A stretch of 64,000 nucleotides of DNA, from contig CBFFRP010000059.1 of NCBI GenBank assembly GCA_965644295.1, positions 1 to 64,000 on the forward strand, read 5' to 3'. The notes beneath the pieces were generated by a model, which did no database searches, was not told the origin of the DNA, and saw only the letters and a list, made by a program, of their open reading frames with translations. The stretch comes from Paraphysomonas bandaiensis (lineage: Eukaryota > Protista > Chrysophyceae). Below, in pieces: positions 23,921-36,509 of the stretch. The position numbers and the translations under genes were made by a program. Numbering within the stretch: the stretch's first letter is position 1; each line of letters begins with the position of its first letter.

Positions 23921-26444
23921 ATGTCTACTACTAGATTTCCTCTATTCCCTAAATTCCGTCGATCAACCTTTACATATGGGAGATTAGACGAGTCTCCATC
24001 TCCATATGAACATACACATAATCGAAGATATTCAACTAAATATCAAACAATTCAACAAAAAATTAAATCCTTATTAGAATCCCCACAAAAACAACTGTAT
24101 AATATATGCAGAGAAACTGGATCTGTATCTGATATGCAAAAAATTATTCATCGTAAATGGCGCTTGAAGATCATACATAAAAATGATGAGGTGAACTATA
24201 TAGTTATGTATGATGTTATATATAATGTATACTGTAATATAGCAAATGATTGATCAACCGATTCATGAAGCTGCTTTTAATGGATTTATTGAGGCTGTCA
24301 AATTTTTAGTTGATGAAGTTGGAGTGGATGTTAATGCTGTTACTGCTGTGAGTTATACGGTAGTTTACTGTATTCATGTATCATGTGATATGTGTAGGGA
24401 GGCCACACACCACTTATATTGGCATGTATAGGTGGACATGTTGATATCGTGTCGTACTTATATGAATCTGGGGCGAATGCGAATTTGACCTCTCGAGATG
24501 GCGCATCCCCTCTGCATTGGTTTGTTGCATTGATACAATCTTATTTATACTGATAATAATTTTTGTGGTTGCAATATTCTCAGGGCATCTCTGAATGGTC
24601 ACTTTGATTGTGTACACTATCTACTTTCTTCCACGGAGCTGACGGCGACGGCATCCACTTTCACGGGCATGCCGTCCTTGCATCTCGCTTGTGCAATGGG
24701 CCATGTCCATGTGGCCCGGCTAATGATTGAAGAGTTTTTGCTGCCTGTGGAGTTCGTTAATGAGGTATACGTTTTGCACTACAATTCCTGTTGTCTAGTT
24801 ATATATCTTAGGATGGAGACACAGCGCTGCATTATGCTTCATTTGAAGGAAGGGAGGCAGTTGTTAGGTACCTGGTGCAGGCCGGAGCAGATCTCTACAG
24901 CAGAGATAAGGTTAGCAAATACCATGCATATTGGTTAACCTACGTGAATTACACATGGTATAGGCGGGGTATACGCCTCTTCATCTGGCAAGCTCAAGAG
25001 GACATGATCATGTCGTTGCTTATATTCTCTCATGTACGCCACGATATGAATAATGCCTGCATGAGATAAGTATGGTTGTCTGCAGGTATTGGCCCAGGTG
25101 CGCTGCGGTCTATTGATTTGACTGGAGCTACTCCATTGCACCAAGCCTGCGCAGGTGGCCACGTGGACACAGTGAAAGTGGCCATTAATAGATTCCCAGC
25201 TAATAGAAGTGGCTCTGAAGTGAGCGATACATCTGTATTGATGATAAGAGACAAGGTTCTGAGTTTGATGTATTTGCTCGCGAGTAATTTTCTTATCAGG
25301 AAGGGAGATCCTGTCTGCATGCAGCTGTTGCAGCGAATAAACTCAGAATGGTCATAGTTCTTGTAAAAGAATTTTCGTGTGATGTGGAGGCTCTAGATGA
25401 GGTGAGAATGAATATGTGTCCTATGTGGAAGATTTATATTGATTTCCTCTGCAGGACGGCTATACCCCCTTTTTAGTGGCGGTTTCACACGGAAACCTTG
25501 AAGTTGTTGTAAAATTCGTGGAAGAGTTTGATGTGGATAAGTTCATATTGAATAGAGTGCGTTTCTATATACTGTGTATATTGTATTTTGACTATTGTAT
25601 GTACCACAGATGGGATATGGTGCTTTACATATTGCTTGTGAAAAAGGGCATAGCCGAGTGGTTCAGGTGACATCCTTTACTGCTGTATACCATACATAAT
25701 CCAGTCTTATACTTACGTTTGTGCAGTATTTGGTTAAGGCTGGACTGGATCCCAGGCAACGCTCTAGATCAGGAGATTCCGCTCTTTTTTTGGCCTGTTA
25801 CCACGGTCACTTGGAGGTGCATACTTCAGCCTCTTTTTTTGATGTATTTACAGCTATTCTTTCGCCTATTAGATTGTCCAGTATCTCCTTCAACAGCACG
25901 GAGTTCATAGAGAGTGCATAGATAATGTATGTTTTGAATGATCTACTCGTGATGAATATAATATTTGAAAATCAGGACAACAAGAGCACACCACTGATTA
26001 CAGCATGCATGAGAGGTCACCTGGAGTTAGTACAATATCTCATAAGTACAGCTATGGTACAGATGACCGCAGTTGATAAGGTATGGAAATACTTATGTTT
26101 CATTGAATAAATACATTGCATGATTCAGTTTGGGAGGACTGGGCTGCATTGGGCATGTGCCAACGGAGCTGTGAAAGTAGTAAAGTATCTTTTATCGGTG
26201 CCAAATTCATCAGAATTACTATGGATTAAAGATCTGGTAAGTGTTTCTAGACAAAGGTAATTCTTTTGAGTGTTATACTTGGCGATAGGAAGGGAGGACT
26301 GCTGCAGATTTGTCAGTTAGTCAAGAAGTTGACCAATTACTTCATAAGGTAGATGTGTGTAATACCCACGGTGAACGAATAACAACCTACCCATTTTTGT
26401 ATATTAAGGCGATAAAGTACGACAGTGGGAACAAGAAGTATTGA
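23921..26444 (+). CDS. Multi-exon ankyrin repeat protein (many ~50-nt introns)
   Basis: Successive exons encode QPIHEAAFNG, PSLHLACAMGH, TPLHQACAGGH, SALFLACYHGH, TPLITACMRGH and TGLHWACANG; the last exon ends GNKKY-TGA at 26444. Confidence 0.85.
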
Positions 26445-27354
26445 TTGGGCGACATATTTTGTAGATGTTTTAGAGGTGGCTTTGCTGTTTTGTATATTTT
26501 CACTTCTTAAAGTTGCGATATAATTTTAATTTCTTAAAGTGTCAGATAATTTGACTTCCATTCTCAATCAACGAAACAAGCAGCCATAATTTTCATATAG
26601 TTCTGCTGTATAAAAAACTCAAGCATCATAGACAACACAATAGATGAACAATAGATTCCATTAAGGACAACGATTTGAAAACCTAATTTGATATTGAACT
26701 GCTTAATAACAAATCCAGACTAGTCAATTTATCGTGTAGAACATTCTCATAAGAGACATTCTATTTACTATAGTACCTTGACGCATTATTGTGACCGACG
26801 TATGATGCCAACAATTTCATTTATAGTTACGTCATTTTTTTGTCTACTGTGTGCATATTGACTGTTGCTCATTTTATCACTTAGATCGTTGAAGTAATAA
26901 TATTAAGTTGTCAGAGTAGGCTATAGATAGATTATTATTATTGTGCACGCAATTGTTGTCATTTCTCTTAAAGCTCATCGCCTAAATTATCTTAGCATTC
27001 TGAATGATGCTTCAGTTTTACAGTTATATAGCTCTACAGTACTTAGTCTACGTAATACAGTTTTCATATTGTAATTAACGTATAATACAGTTCTGTTTAG
27101 AGGAAGATACGTATTCCATCAGTGCAATTACACGAATATAACTTACGTATGATGTCAATAATTAACGTAAGAAATGATACACAAATCATTGAGAAATATA
27201 GTAGTAAACTATTCAAGGTGTTACATAATCTTATGAATCCAGGACTTTTTCAGCGGTTTATTTAAGAAAGAATGGTTTTTTACGTATGGTACAATTAATT
27301 GGTATCTTAAGGCTAGACAATCGACTTGTGTTTGCTCTGGTTAGAATCACCTCT

Positions 27355-27600
27355 CCGAAACTAAGAAGGCGGCTTATTCCTATCTCATAGCCAAATGCTT
27401 GTGTGGTACGAGGGACATTATCTTATAGTCACCCATCGTAGCCTGATTTCTCCACTTTGGACTAGTCACCGGCCTGAATGCATCATTGATGTGTTTATAC
27501 TGTGATACGCAGGGAACGGTAATGAATGTTGAGACCTCTATAATGAGAAGCAGGAATGCCATTTTCGTTTAATATAGTTTTTAGCGCTGAATATGAATAT
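27355..27600 (+). repeat. Internally deleted copy of the repeat at ~33535-34760
   Basis: Shared blocks AAGAAGGCGGCTTATTC, ATGCTTGTGTGGTAC and CTGATTTCTCCACTTTGGACTAGTCACCGGCCTG in the same order and orientation. Confidence 0.8.
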
Positions 27601-27752
27601 GCAGTGAGAACCAGGTGGGAAGCGCTGAACTAAAAGCAATGTGTACGTGTAGACAGAGGCGCGCGGTCGCAACACTCACTAGACGGTGAAATGCAGTATA
27701 TAATTACGCTGTCAATATAGGCACGATTCACAACAAAAAGGAATCCCCTGTT

Positions 27753-29564
27753 CAGATTTCTTATAAGTCGAGGTAATATAATATACCAAAACCTGGTGAA
27801 ATGTATAAAACCTGGTGAAATTTTTGATGATGGTTGGAACAGGGTAAAACTATGCACTATTAGAAACTGTGGAGATATTAACAGTGTGAAAAGTATTATT
27901 TATAATATTTTTTACTAATTTCTTCCATACTACTTCAGTTTTACAGCTGTAAAAGTCACCGACTACACATATATATTACATACAGTTCACATATAGAACC
28001 ATCTAACTATACACCCATATACCATCTTACTATACACCACTATATATACAATCTGATCTCACTATACACCCAGATACCATCTCACTACATACCACTATAC
28101 CATCTTACTATACATCACTATACCATCTCACTATATAACACTATACCATCTCACTATATAACACTATACTATCTCACTATGCATCACTATACCATCTCAC
28201 TATTCACCACTATACCATCTCACTATTCACCACTATACCATCCCAATATATACCACTACACCATCTCACTATATACCCATATATACTATCCAACTATACC
28301 CATATACCATCTCACTATACACCATTTGAAACCACTCTAAATTAGGCAAGACAAAACAGATTTCTTATAAGTCGAGGTAATATAATATACCAAAACCTGG
28401 TGAAATGTATAAAACCTGGTGAAATTTTTGATGATGGTTGGAACAGGGTAAAACTATGCACTATTAGAAACTGTGGAGATATTAACAGTGTGAAAAGTAT
28501 TATTTATAATATTTTTTACTAATTTCTTCCATACTACTTCAGTTTTACAGCTGTAAAAGTCACCGACTACACATATATATTACATACAGTTCACATATAG
28601 AACCATCTAACTATACACCCATATACCATCTTACTATACACCACTATATATACAATCTGATCTCACTATACACCCAGATACCATCTCACTACATACCACT
28701 ATACCATCTTACTATACATCACTATACCATCTCACTATATAACACTATACCATCTCACTATATAACACTATACTATCTCACTATGCATCACTATACCATC
28801 TCACTATTCACCACTATACCATCTCACTATTCACCACTATACCATCCCAATATATACCACTACACCATCTCACTATATACCCATATATACTATCCAACTA
28901 TACCCATATACCATCTCACTATACACCATTTGAAACCACTCTAAATTAGGCAAGACAAAACAGATTTCTTATAAGTCGAGGTAATATAATATACCAAAAC
29001 CTGGTGAAATGTATAAAACCTGGTGAAATTTTTGATGATGGTTGGAACAGGGTAAAACTATGCACTATTAGAAACTGTGGAGATATTAACAGTGTGAAAA
29101 GTATTATTTATAATATTTTTTACTAATTTCTTCCATACTACTTCAGTTTTACAGCTGTAAAAGTCACCGACTACACATATATATTACATACAGTTCACAT
29201 ATAGAACCATCTAACTATACACCCATATACCATCTTACTATACACCACTATATATACAATCTGATCTCACTATACACCCAGATACCATCTCACTACATAC
29301 CACTATACCATCTTACTATACATCACTATACCATCTCACTATATAACACTATACCATCTCACTATATAACACTATACTATCTCACTATGCATCACTATAC
29401 CATCTCACTATTCACCACTATACCATCTCACTATTCACCACTATACCATCCCAATATATACCACTACACCATCTCACTATATACCCATATATACTATCCA
29501 ACTATACCCATATACCATCTCACTATACACCATTTGAAACCACTCTAAATTAGGCAAGACAAAA
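27753..29564 (+). repeat. Three apparently identical tandem copies of a 604-bp unit containing ACTATACCATCTC iterations
   Basis: CAGATTTCTTATAAGTCGAG starts at 27753, 28357 and 28961. Confidence 0.95.
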
Positions 29565-29859
29565 CTATAGATTTCAAGAATGCAATATATCAATATCAAA
29601 TACTTTACCCTATCCCTGTTGTGTTAGTTCTATGTTAAAGAAAATTCTTTCGACTAATAATTAATTATAACTATTAAATCAACCCCATCAGTGCGCATTT
29701 AGTATACTCCAAATACATACTATTAATAGTAGCAGACACATATACGAGATAATCCATCAGAGGAATTTCAATTGAATGCAATACATATTTTGGGTTACAC
29801 TTAAGTTATAGTTTGAGGTGTGAATAATACATCAGACAACACTCTCTCGTATTATATAG

Positions 29860-32129
29860 TTACACCCTTTTCTTCTTCTTCAAAAACCTACCGTCGGCAT
29901 CATATTTGGTGTTCAGTGCTGTCTTAATCGCATCAAGCATCATTTTATTCGATATTTTACTTGAAGCTCGTTTTTTTCGACACACCCGTTTGTATACGCC
30001 TATCAATTGTCCTCTAGCTGATAATCCGTTGAGCTACAATAAAATAGATTAATGTGATGACAGTAGGTGGTTGAATGTGAATATATATGTATACAACTTA
30101 GCATGAAGAAAAGCACTCTATTACGCACTCTATTCTCGGCAATAGCATTCCGAAAGTCGATTATTTCATAAGGAAAGCAGGTACTTTTACGAGTGTGGGG
30201 TTTAAGCCAATCATCATCTGTGAATACGTTCCGTTCGGTAGGAGAAGGACGGCGGTTACGGGGTTTATATCGCCAAATATCGTTGTCTTCATTTTCAAGG
30301 CGAGGGTCATCCACCAAAACTACCGTAGAGTCATCTTGCACACGTATATCAGGAGGATAGTCAAAACTTATCCCACGATTTTTGAAATCTTCTGCAATCA
30401 CGGCAAGGATATTCCACGCCGTCTACCATGAACAAGATCAAATTATATATCGAATACGCCGATGCCATTACATCACGTGTATATGTAACTCACCTGTTCA
30501 TATGTGTGCAAGAAATCGATTACTCTGTCTTCTGAGTCACATTTAATAACTCGATGCTTAGGTAGAAATGGAACGGGAATTGACCAGTTATTTGCAATTG
30601 ATTGGACAGATCTAGCATTTCTAAATTTGCCGAGACATACCAACAAATTGAGCTGCCTATACACAATATCTTCCACTGCCATATTTCTTTCCAGCAACTT
30701 TCCTCGAGTAATACTAAATGTTTCCATAATTTTCAACATCTCATATTTGTCTGCAATACTCGGCTGATCTGTAGTAATACCCTGTGCATATGTTCTATCG
30801 ATCCCATGGGTGCTTATATAATTATTTGCGATGTACCCCATTAGCTTGCACTTTTTATCAGGGTAGGGGTATTGAGATTCCCTAGACATCGCCACATTCA
30901 ATTCTTGACGTTCTAGCCACCCATCTTCCTCCAAAATAACATCTGCAAGTTCTTCAATTCCTGTCCGAGTGAAGTCATCATGCCCACAAGGCATCAGCAA
31001 ATAATCACTGCCCATAATAATGTTTTCATTTAGTGACCCCAAAGAGCAATTCATGTCAGTGATAACGATATCAGCTTTGCAGTCACGAGCAGCGTCACCG
31101 ATTAAGTTATGCGGAGCTCCAATAATTTTGCGGTTGAATCCACTCCATCCTTCCCGATGCAGTCTAGATCCCTGGGGATTTTCTTTAATTGCTGCGTCTC
31201 TTGCCTCCGTGAGAATTTTATCCAATTCGTAGGTACGCGGGTGTCCAAGTAGTAAACGAAGGGAAGCCATGTTCTGCACACATGCATATATCACAATATA
31301 AACACCATATATCAATACTCATTGCTCAGGGTGACCATACCGTGTAGGGGGATCGTCTGTTTGAACTTAGCACCTCTACAGTCTCCACTCTCGGAGTGTC
31401 TCGGCTGTCGTCTTTTTTAATCTTTTTAATGGCATCAATAAGAGTTTTCTTGACAAGGGGCTCTTCGGATTTAATGAAGTCTTTATATTCAGTGTCACTT
31501 TCAGCGATTAGATTGCTCATCAGAAAACGGGACGCATTGCATTGAGAGTCCAGATCAACTAGTAAAACATTCTTGTTGTAGACACGAGTAAAAGTGTGTG
31601 CAAGAGCAGTAGACAAAGTTGTTTTACCCACCCCACCTTTTTCAATGTGAACAGCTATAGTAACAGGCTCACCAGTCTCGTTGGGTTGATGACCAGCTAC
31701 GTCTCGAGCTCTTCCTGATAAAGTTTCATTACCAACACGACTTATATCATAAGTATCATCTAATAGTCTCTGCATTTCATCTTGTAAATCGTTTTTCATC
31801 TTTTTGTATTGTTTAAACTCTTTTTTGTTTACTTTTCTACTTTGTTCGGCTTTGGTGTACCATGCATCCAATAGATTTACAAAGTATCGATTAACACGCA
31901 TACCAACTTGTGTTGTTTTCATATCTTTATATTCTTCAGTAATCTTTTTAAGAGCTTCACTTGCAATATATGCAGTCTCAAAGCCTTCTGGTGTGTCATT
32001 ATCATCTGATTGTATTTGATCACACTCATCATCAGATAACTCAATATCATCCTCATCACAATTAGATGATGAAGTATCTATTTCAATAATTTGTTCTCCT
32101 TCTCTATTACGTTTTCCATTTCTTGGCAT
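29860..32129 (-). CDS. ParA/Soj-family (deviant Walker A) ATPase, 4 exons, ~678 aa
   Basis: IAVHIEKGGVGKTT, VLLVDLDSQCNAS and DIVITDMNCSLGSLNENIIMGSDYLLMP motifs. Exons 32129-31341, 31273-30494, 30422-30129 and 30033-29860 join in phase 0 through GT-AG introns and end ...FLKKKKRV*. Confidence 0.88.
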
Positions 32130-32640
32130 ATTGAAGTAAGGTATTGTATAGTAATGTTTGTTAATGTATGTATATTATGATATATAGATATGACAAACAT
32201 ACATACATGATGCATACATGCATGTTGTCCTGTGATTCAATCTAAATTTAGGACATTACTTGGAAAAATGCTCTTTTTGAAAAGATAAACTGAAAACTTT
32301 CCCTTGAGGTTGCTATGAAATTGAAGTAAACGAGATTGTATTGTTCAAAAAGTTGTATTCCTTTCTTCCAAAAACTAGGAATATTTTATATATGTAGGAT
32401 TTTATTCCTGTACATATCCGAAAGTGACCATAGCATGCCACATGCTTGTTATACACACAAGAGGCATCTACACTCTAGTCTACTGTACATACAGTCCATA
32501 TCTACATACATGCATGCATATCTCTATATATAAACACTTTCATTGAAACAGTAACCAAACACAATCACTTACCACTCATTCCACCCACTATTCATATGAA
32601 TCTATACTTCATATTTCTCATGACTCTCTCTATTAATCAG

Positions 32641-32937
32641 ATCGTGGGCCAGGTCTTATCAACAAGCTAAAGTAAGTCTACATACGAGGCATCATACAAA
32701 CAGACCATCGTATACACTATTAGATCAAATATTGCATGTATTATTGGTGGAATATGCGGAGGAGTAGCAGGCTATTGGCTTGGCACAAGAAGATCATCGA
32801 AACACTATCAAACTATAGAAGCAAAGAATGATGATCTGCTAGAGTACATCGACCTTATGTGCGATTCATACGATCCGAATTACAGTCACAGTCAGAGTGT
32901 AACTGATCCGGATACGGTCCGTTCCGTCCCTCTATGA
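32641..32937 (+). CDS. Small spliced single-pass membrane protein with glycine-rich TM segment; first exon not identified
   Basis: Exon 32641-32671, intron 32672-32723 (GTAAGT..TAG) and exon 32724-32937 give RGPGLINKLKSNIACIIGGICGGVAGYWLGTRRSSKH...VPL*. Confidence 0.55.
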
Positions 32938-33034
32938 ATCTTATCAATAACAACCCGAACAGACACCACATTTGTTGTTCATGATACCCGCATGTTGATA
33001 TCTACTTCATAGTGATGTATAGAAATATGTGATA

Positions 33035-33204
33035 TGGGGGTATAGTGAGATGGTAAAGTGGTGTATAGTGAGATGGTAAAATGGTGTATAGTGAGATGGT
33101 TATAGTTCATACTTGTGAACTGTATGTAATATATATGTGTAGTCGGTGACTTTTATAGCTGTGAAACTGAAGTAATATGGAAGCAATTAGTAAAAAATAT
33201 TATA
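33035..33204 (-). repeat. Inverted copy of the 604-bp-unit arm (right arm of the ParA cassette)
   Basis: Reverse complement of ~29109-29300: GTATAGTGAGATGG iterations, then GTGTAGTCGGTGACTTTTA...TTAGTAAAAAATATTATA. Confidence 0.88.
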
Positions 33205-33534
33205 CGTACCTATAAAATTTATTCGCTGTTAAGGGTGCATAATCGATAAGTGAGGAAGTTTCATGCACATGACCATGTTGCAGATAAGCTAGCTGATCAC
33301 TACATAGGAAATTAATTCTACTGACGTGATATATGCTGCGTTGGTTTCACTTTACCTGCTCTGTGACTTCATCGTTTTGTAATGCGTAGTTATATGCGAG
33401 TACATTTTATGACTAGGTTTATAACTAAAAATGACTAGGTTGAATCATTTATTACTTTGACTAGTAGGTTATTCCACCAAAAAAAACTAGGTAATTCAAC
33501 CAATTTTACTACAGTAGTAGGTTGAATAATATTC

Positions 33535-34760
33535 CCTCCGAAATTAAAAATGTATGTATAAAGAAGGCGGCTTATTCATATCTTCATATAGTCAGCAGAT
33601 ATAGTTCTGCCCACTTATAGCCTAATGCAAGCGCAGTGAGTACGATGGACACTAATAAGTGTCACTTGTATACTTGTATAGACGTATAGACCCTCAACAA
33701 AGTCGGACTCGCACCTTTTCGTGGTGTTCTGGGGGATAAGTACCGGAGTTATTTCTCTGGGAAACTAACGTGAGCCGCAAACATAGTCAGAAGATATTGT
33801 TCTGCCCACTCATAGCCGAATGCTTGTGTGGTACAAGGGACACCAATAAGTGTCACTTGTGTAGACGTCTTTGGGCCCTGACGAATAAACAGGCATCCGG
33901 GACTGGGTCCACCTCAAGGGCATCCGGGACAGGGCCCACCTGAAGGGTAACCGGGGTATTGGGCTGCCTACTGAAGTCAAGCATCCGGGATGTTCACCTT
34001 AAGAACTCAGAGCGGAAGTGGTCGCACCTTGGTGCTTGCGGCGACGCACAAGCAGCTTCCGTAGCGCTAAATAGTAGGATAAAAAAAGTGTGTACTGATT
34101 AGTTACAGGTAGAGGTCTAACTAGTTTGTCTAGCATTCATCTAGCTACTAAGTTAGTGCAGGTTTTTAACGCCTATTGCTAATAATAAGACTTTCAATAT
34201 AGACGTATAGACGTGTTTGGGCCCTGACGAATAAACAGGCATCCAGGAATCCTGAAGCCAAGCATACGGGCTGTATACCTTAAGGACTCAAACATCTTGA
34301 AGTTTGCAAATATCAGATATATTAATATTCTACTTGCTCACTGCGCTTGCTTTGAATGATAGAGCGAAAGTGGTTACACCTTGGTGCTTGCGGTGACGCA
34401 GAAGTAGCTTTCGTAGCGTTAAATAGTAGAATAGTAGTATATCAGAACATCAGAACTAAGCACTGACTCTTAGACGCCTATTGCTAATAATAAGACATTC
34501 ACGACATTTCATATCTTCTCAAGATGAGATTTCTTTCCCGAAACAAGCCGCAAGATCAATTTGATAGCCACCCACAGCAGCTTGAATATAACTGATTTCT
34601 CCACTTTGGACTAGTCACCGGCCTGTAGGCATCATTGATGTGTTATACTGTGATACGCAGCGAACGGTAATGACACGTTGAGACCTCTAAAATTTAGTAG
34701 CTATTAGCTGTGTATGTGAGAAGCAGGAACGTCATTTTCGTTTAACATAGTCAGCAGCAC
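33535..34760 (+). repeat. Composite interspersed repeat with internal duplications; pieces also at ~5460-5690, 21690-21870 (inverted), 52635-52830, 56675-56850 and 60225-60380
   Basis: Recurrent CCTTGGTGCTTGCGG(T)GACGCA and CCTATTGCTAATAA..AGAC blocks. Confidence 0.8.
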
Positions 34761-35162
34761 AATATGTTTAATCATCAAATGTAATAATATGTGTGGTTTA
34801 TAATTTGAATTAATCACATTTATGATAACATACAAGTACAATCAACTACCTAATCGGTCAAATATGGTTATTTTTCCAATATCTATATAAACGACGTGCT
34901 TATACCATGATATACGAATGTATACGGATTATGAATATTCATCCACTTCGTTGTTTTATAAAACTTATCGCCACGACATCACGATTATCTTTTTCCCAAG
35001 TACAGTTGTAGTCATAAATTCGACATGATATTGCCTCCATAGCGCTTCATTCAGAACAAGACAGCAGCTTACTCGTTGCAGTTCACAATATGTATTAGAC
35101 AACAACACATAGAATTTTGCCTTAACATAGTTTAGCCATATGAGCACTCCACAACACGCAAA

Positions 35163-36065
35163 CTACAGCTTATTAAAATAGAGGGTAAATACTGCATCTG
35201 GCTCATCATCTTTGTTTTCACGACCATTTACGTAAAGTTCTCTCCGTAGAACTAACGAAGTACCGTTTACTTGTCGGAGGTTAATGACAACAAGAGAGGA
35301 TTTAGAGCTTTTAATAAATGCCTCTACGCTGCAGTCACTTTTCTGAATAGCTCGAGTTCTGATTGGATTATTTCTTCTATCTGTTGACGACTTCCATGAC
35401 CCATCCATATTGAAAGAGACAGTCCATGAGCCGAAAAATGGAACAGAGTTGGTGATTTCCAGTGAAGTATCGTCATGGGCGATAATAAGCCGCAATGGTT
35501 TCTTATGTGCTCCAATAAAGAGTTTACGAAACGGCCACGGAACACCATATTTAACAAGCCAGTTAGTCATATCCGCGACATCTATTCTCTCTGGATCCAT
35601 CTGCCATACCCCACCCATGCCGTCCTCACCTTTACCTTCTGACTTGGATTCAGAAGCATCTAAAACTTGTTGCTCACGCAGCACTCCAGTGGCATATGAT
35701 CCCATATGCTCAAAAAAATGAAGCTCATCAGTTGTCTTCAAAAATAACGGAATAAATTCATCATCACCACTGGAAGATACGTATTCCCGCACACAGTCAT
35801 ATACCTCACTTGCAGATACATTATTATCATGACAAAAACGGTCTAATTCATCATCCAAAATCTCTAAATATGAATTAAATACATCTTGCCATTCTAATTT
35901 ATGTCCTCTTCCGCTTTGAATATATTCTTCATAGTCTTGAAACTCTCTGTAATTAGCACGAAAGAATGTCTGGACTTTATTAATATATTCAGTAGAGTTC
36001 GTATATGCAACTAAACTCTCAATTAGAGGGTGTAGATGGGTAGTATCAGTAGATTTACTCTCCAT
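35163..36065 (-). CDS. BART (ARL2-binding-like) domain fused to a lipocalin/FABP-like domain
   Basis: HKLEWQDVFNSYLEILDDELDRFC (BART-like); GGVWQMD...WLVKYGVPWPFRKL followed by beta-strands (FABP-like). Confidence 0.7.
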   Translation of the reverse strand: MESKSTDTTHLHPLIESLVAYTNSTEYINKVQTFFRANYREFQDYEEYIQSGRGHKLEWQDVFNSYLEILDDELDRFCHDNNVSASEVYDCVREYVSSSGDDEFIPLFLKTTDELHFFEHMGSYATGVLREQQVLDASESKSEGKGEDGMGGVWQMDPERIDVADMTNWLVKYGVPWPFRKLFIGAHKKPLRLIIAHDDTSLEITNSVPFFGSWTVSFNMDGSWKSSTDRRNNPIRTRAIQKSDCSVEAFIKSSKSSLVVINLRQVNGTSLVLRRELYVNGRENKDDEPDAVFTLYFNKL

Positions 36066-36509
36066 ATGGGTAATGCTATGCTTTGTATAATATGGTATGT
36101 TGTATAGTGTGGTAAAATGTGGTTAAGGTCTCTATATGTTATGTGCTGTACTGCTGTATGGTCTGTTGCTGGATAAATGCATGACAATTCAACTGCTCAA
36201 TAAAAGGGATAGTAGGGATTTTAATGAGATAGATTTCCCAGTTTTTTCAGAATAATATGGTTTTATATACACAATGCACAGTATATGTATCCGGATATCT
36301 GTAAAACCCTACCAAAATACAATATGTAAAATATCTACATTATTTGCATCACAAGAAACTCAATTATTTTTTTCAGTTTGGCTTTTCAAGATCTATTTTT
36401 ATTATGAAAAACATTGTGGTGTGTATATGACTGGAAAGAAATATATAGACACCATAGTAAGCTTTACACTCTGGTAGCATATATTTTGAAGCAGGGTTAG
36501 TTTGGAAGC

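Noticed and set aside
29860-32129. Bacterial contamination as the source of the ParA gene
   Set aside because: Three GT-AG introns restore the frame, and the flanks share repeats with the rest of the window.
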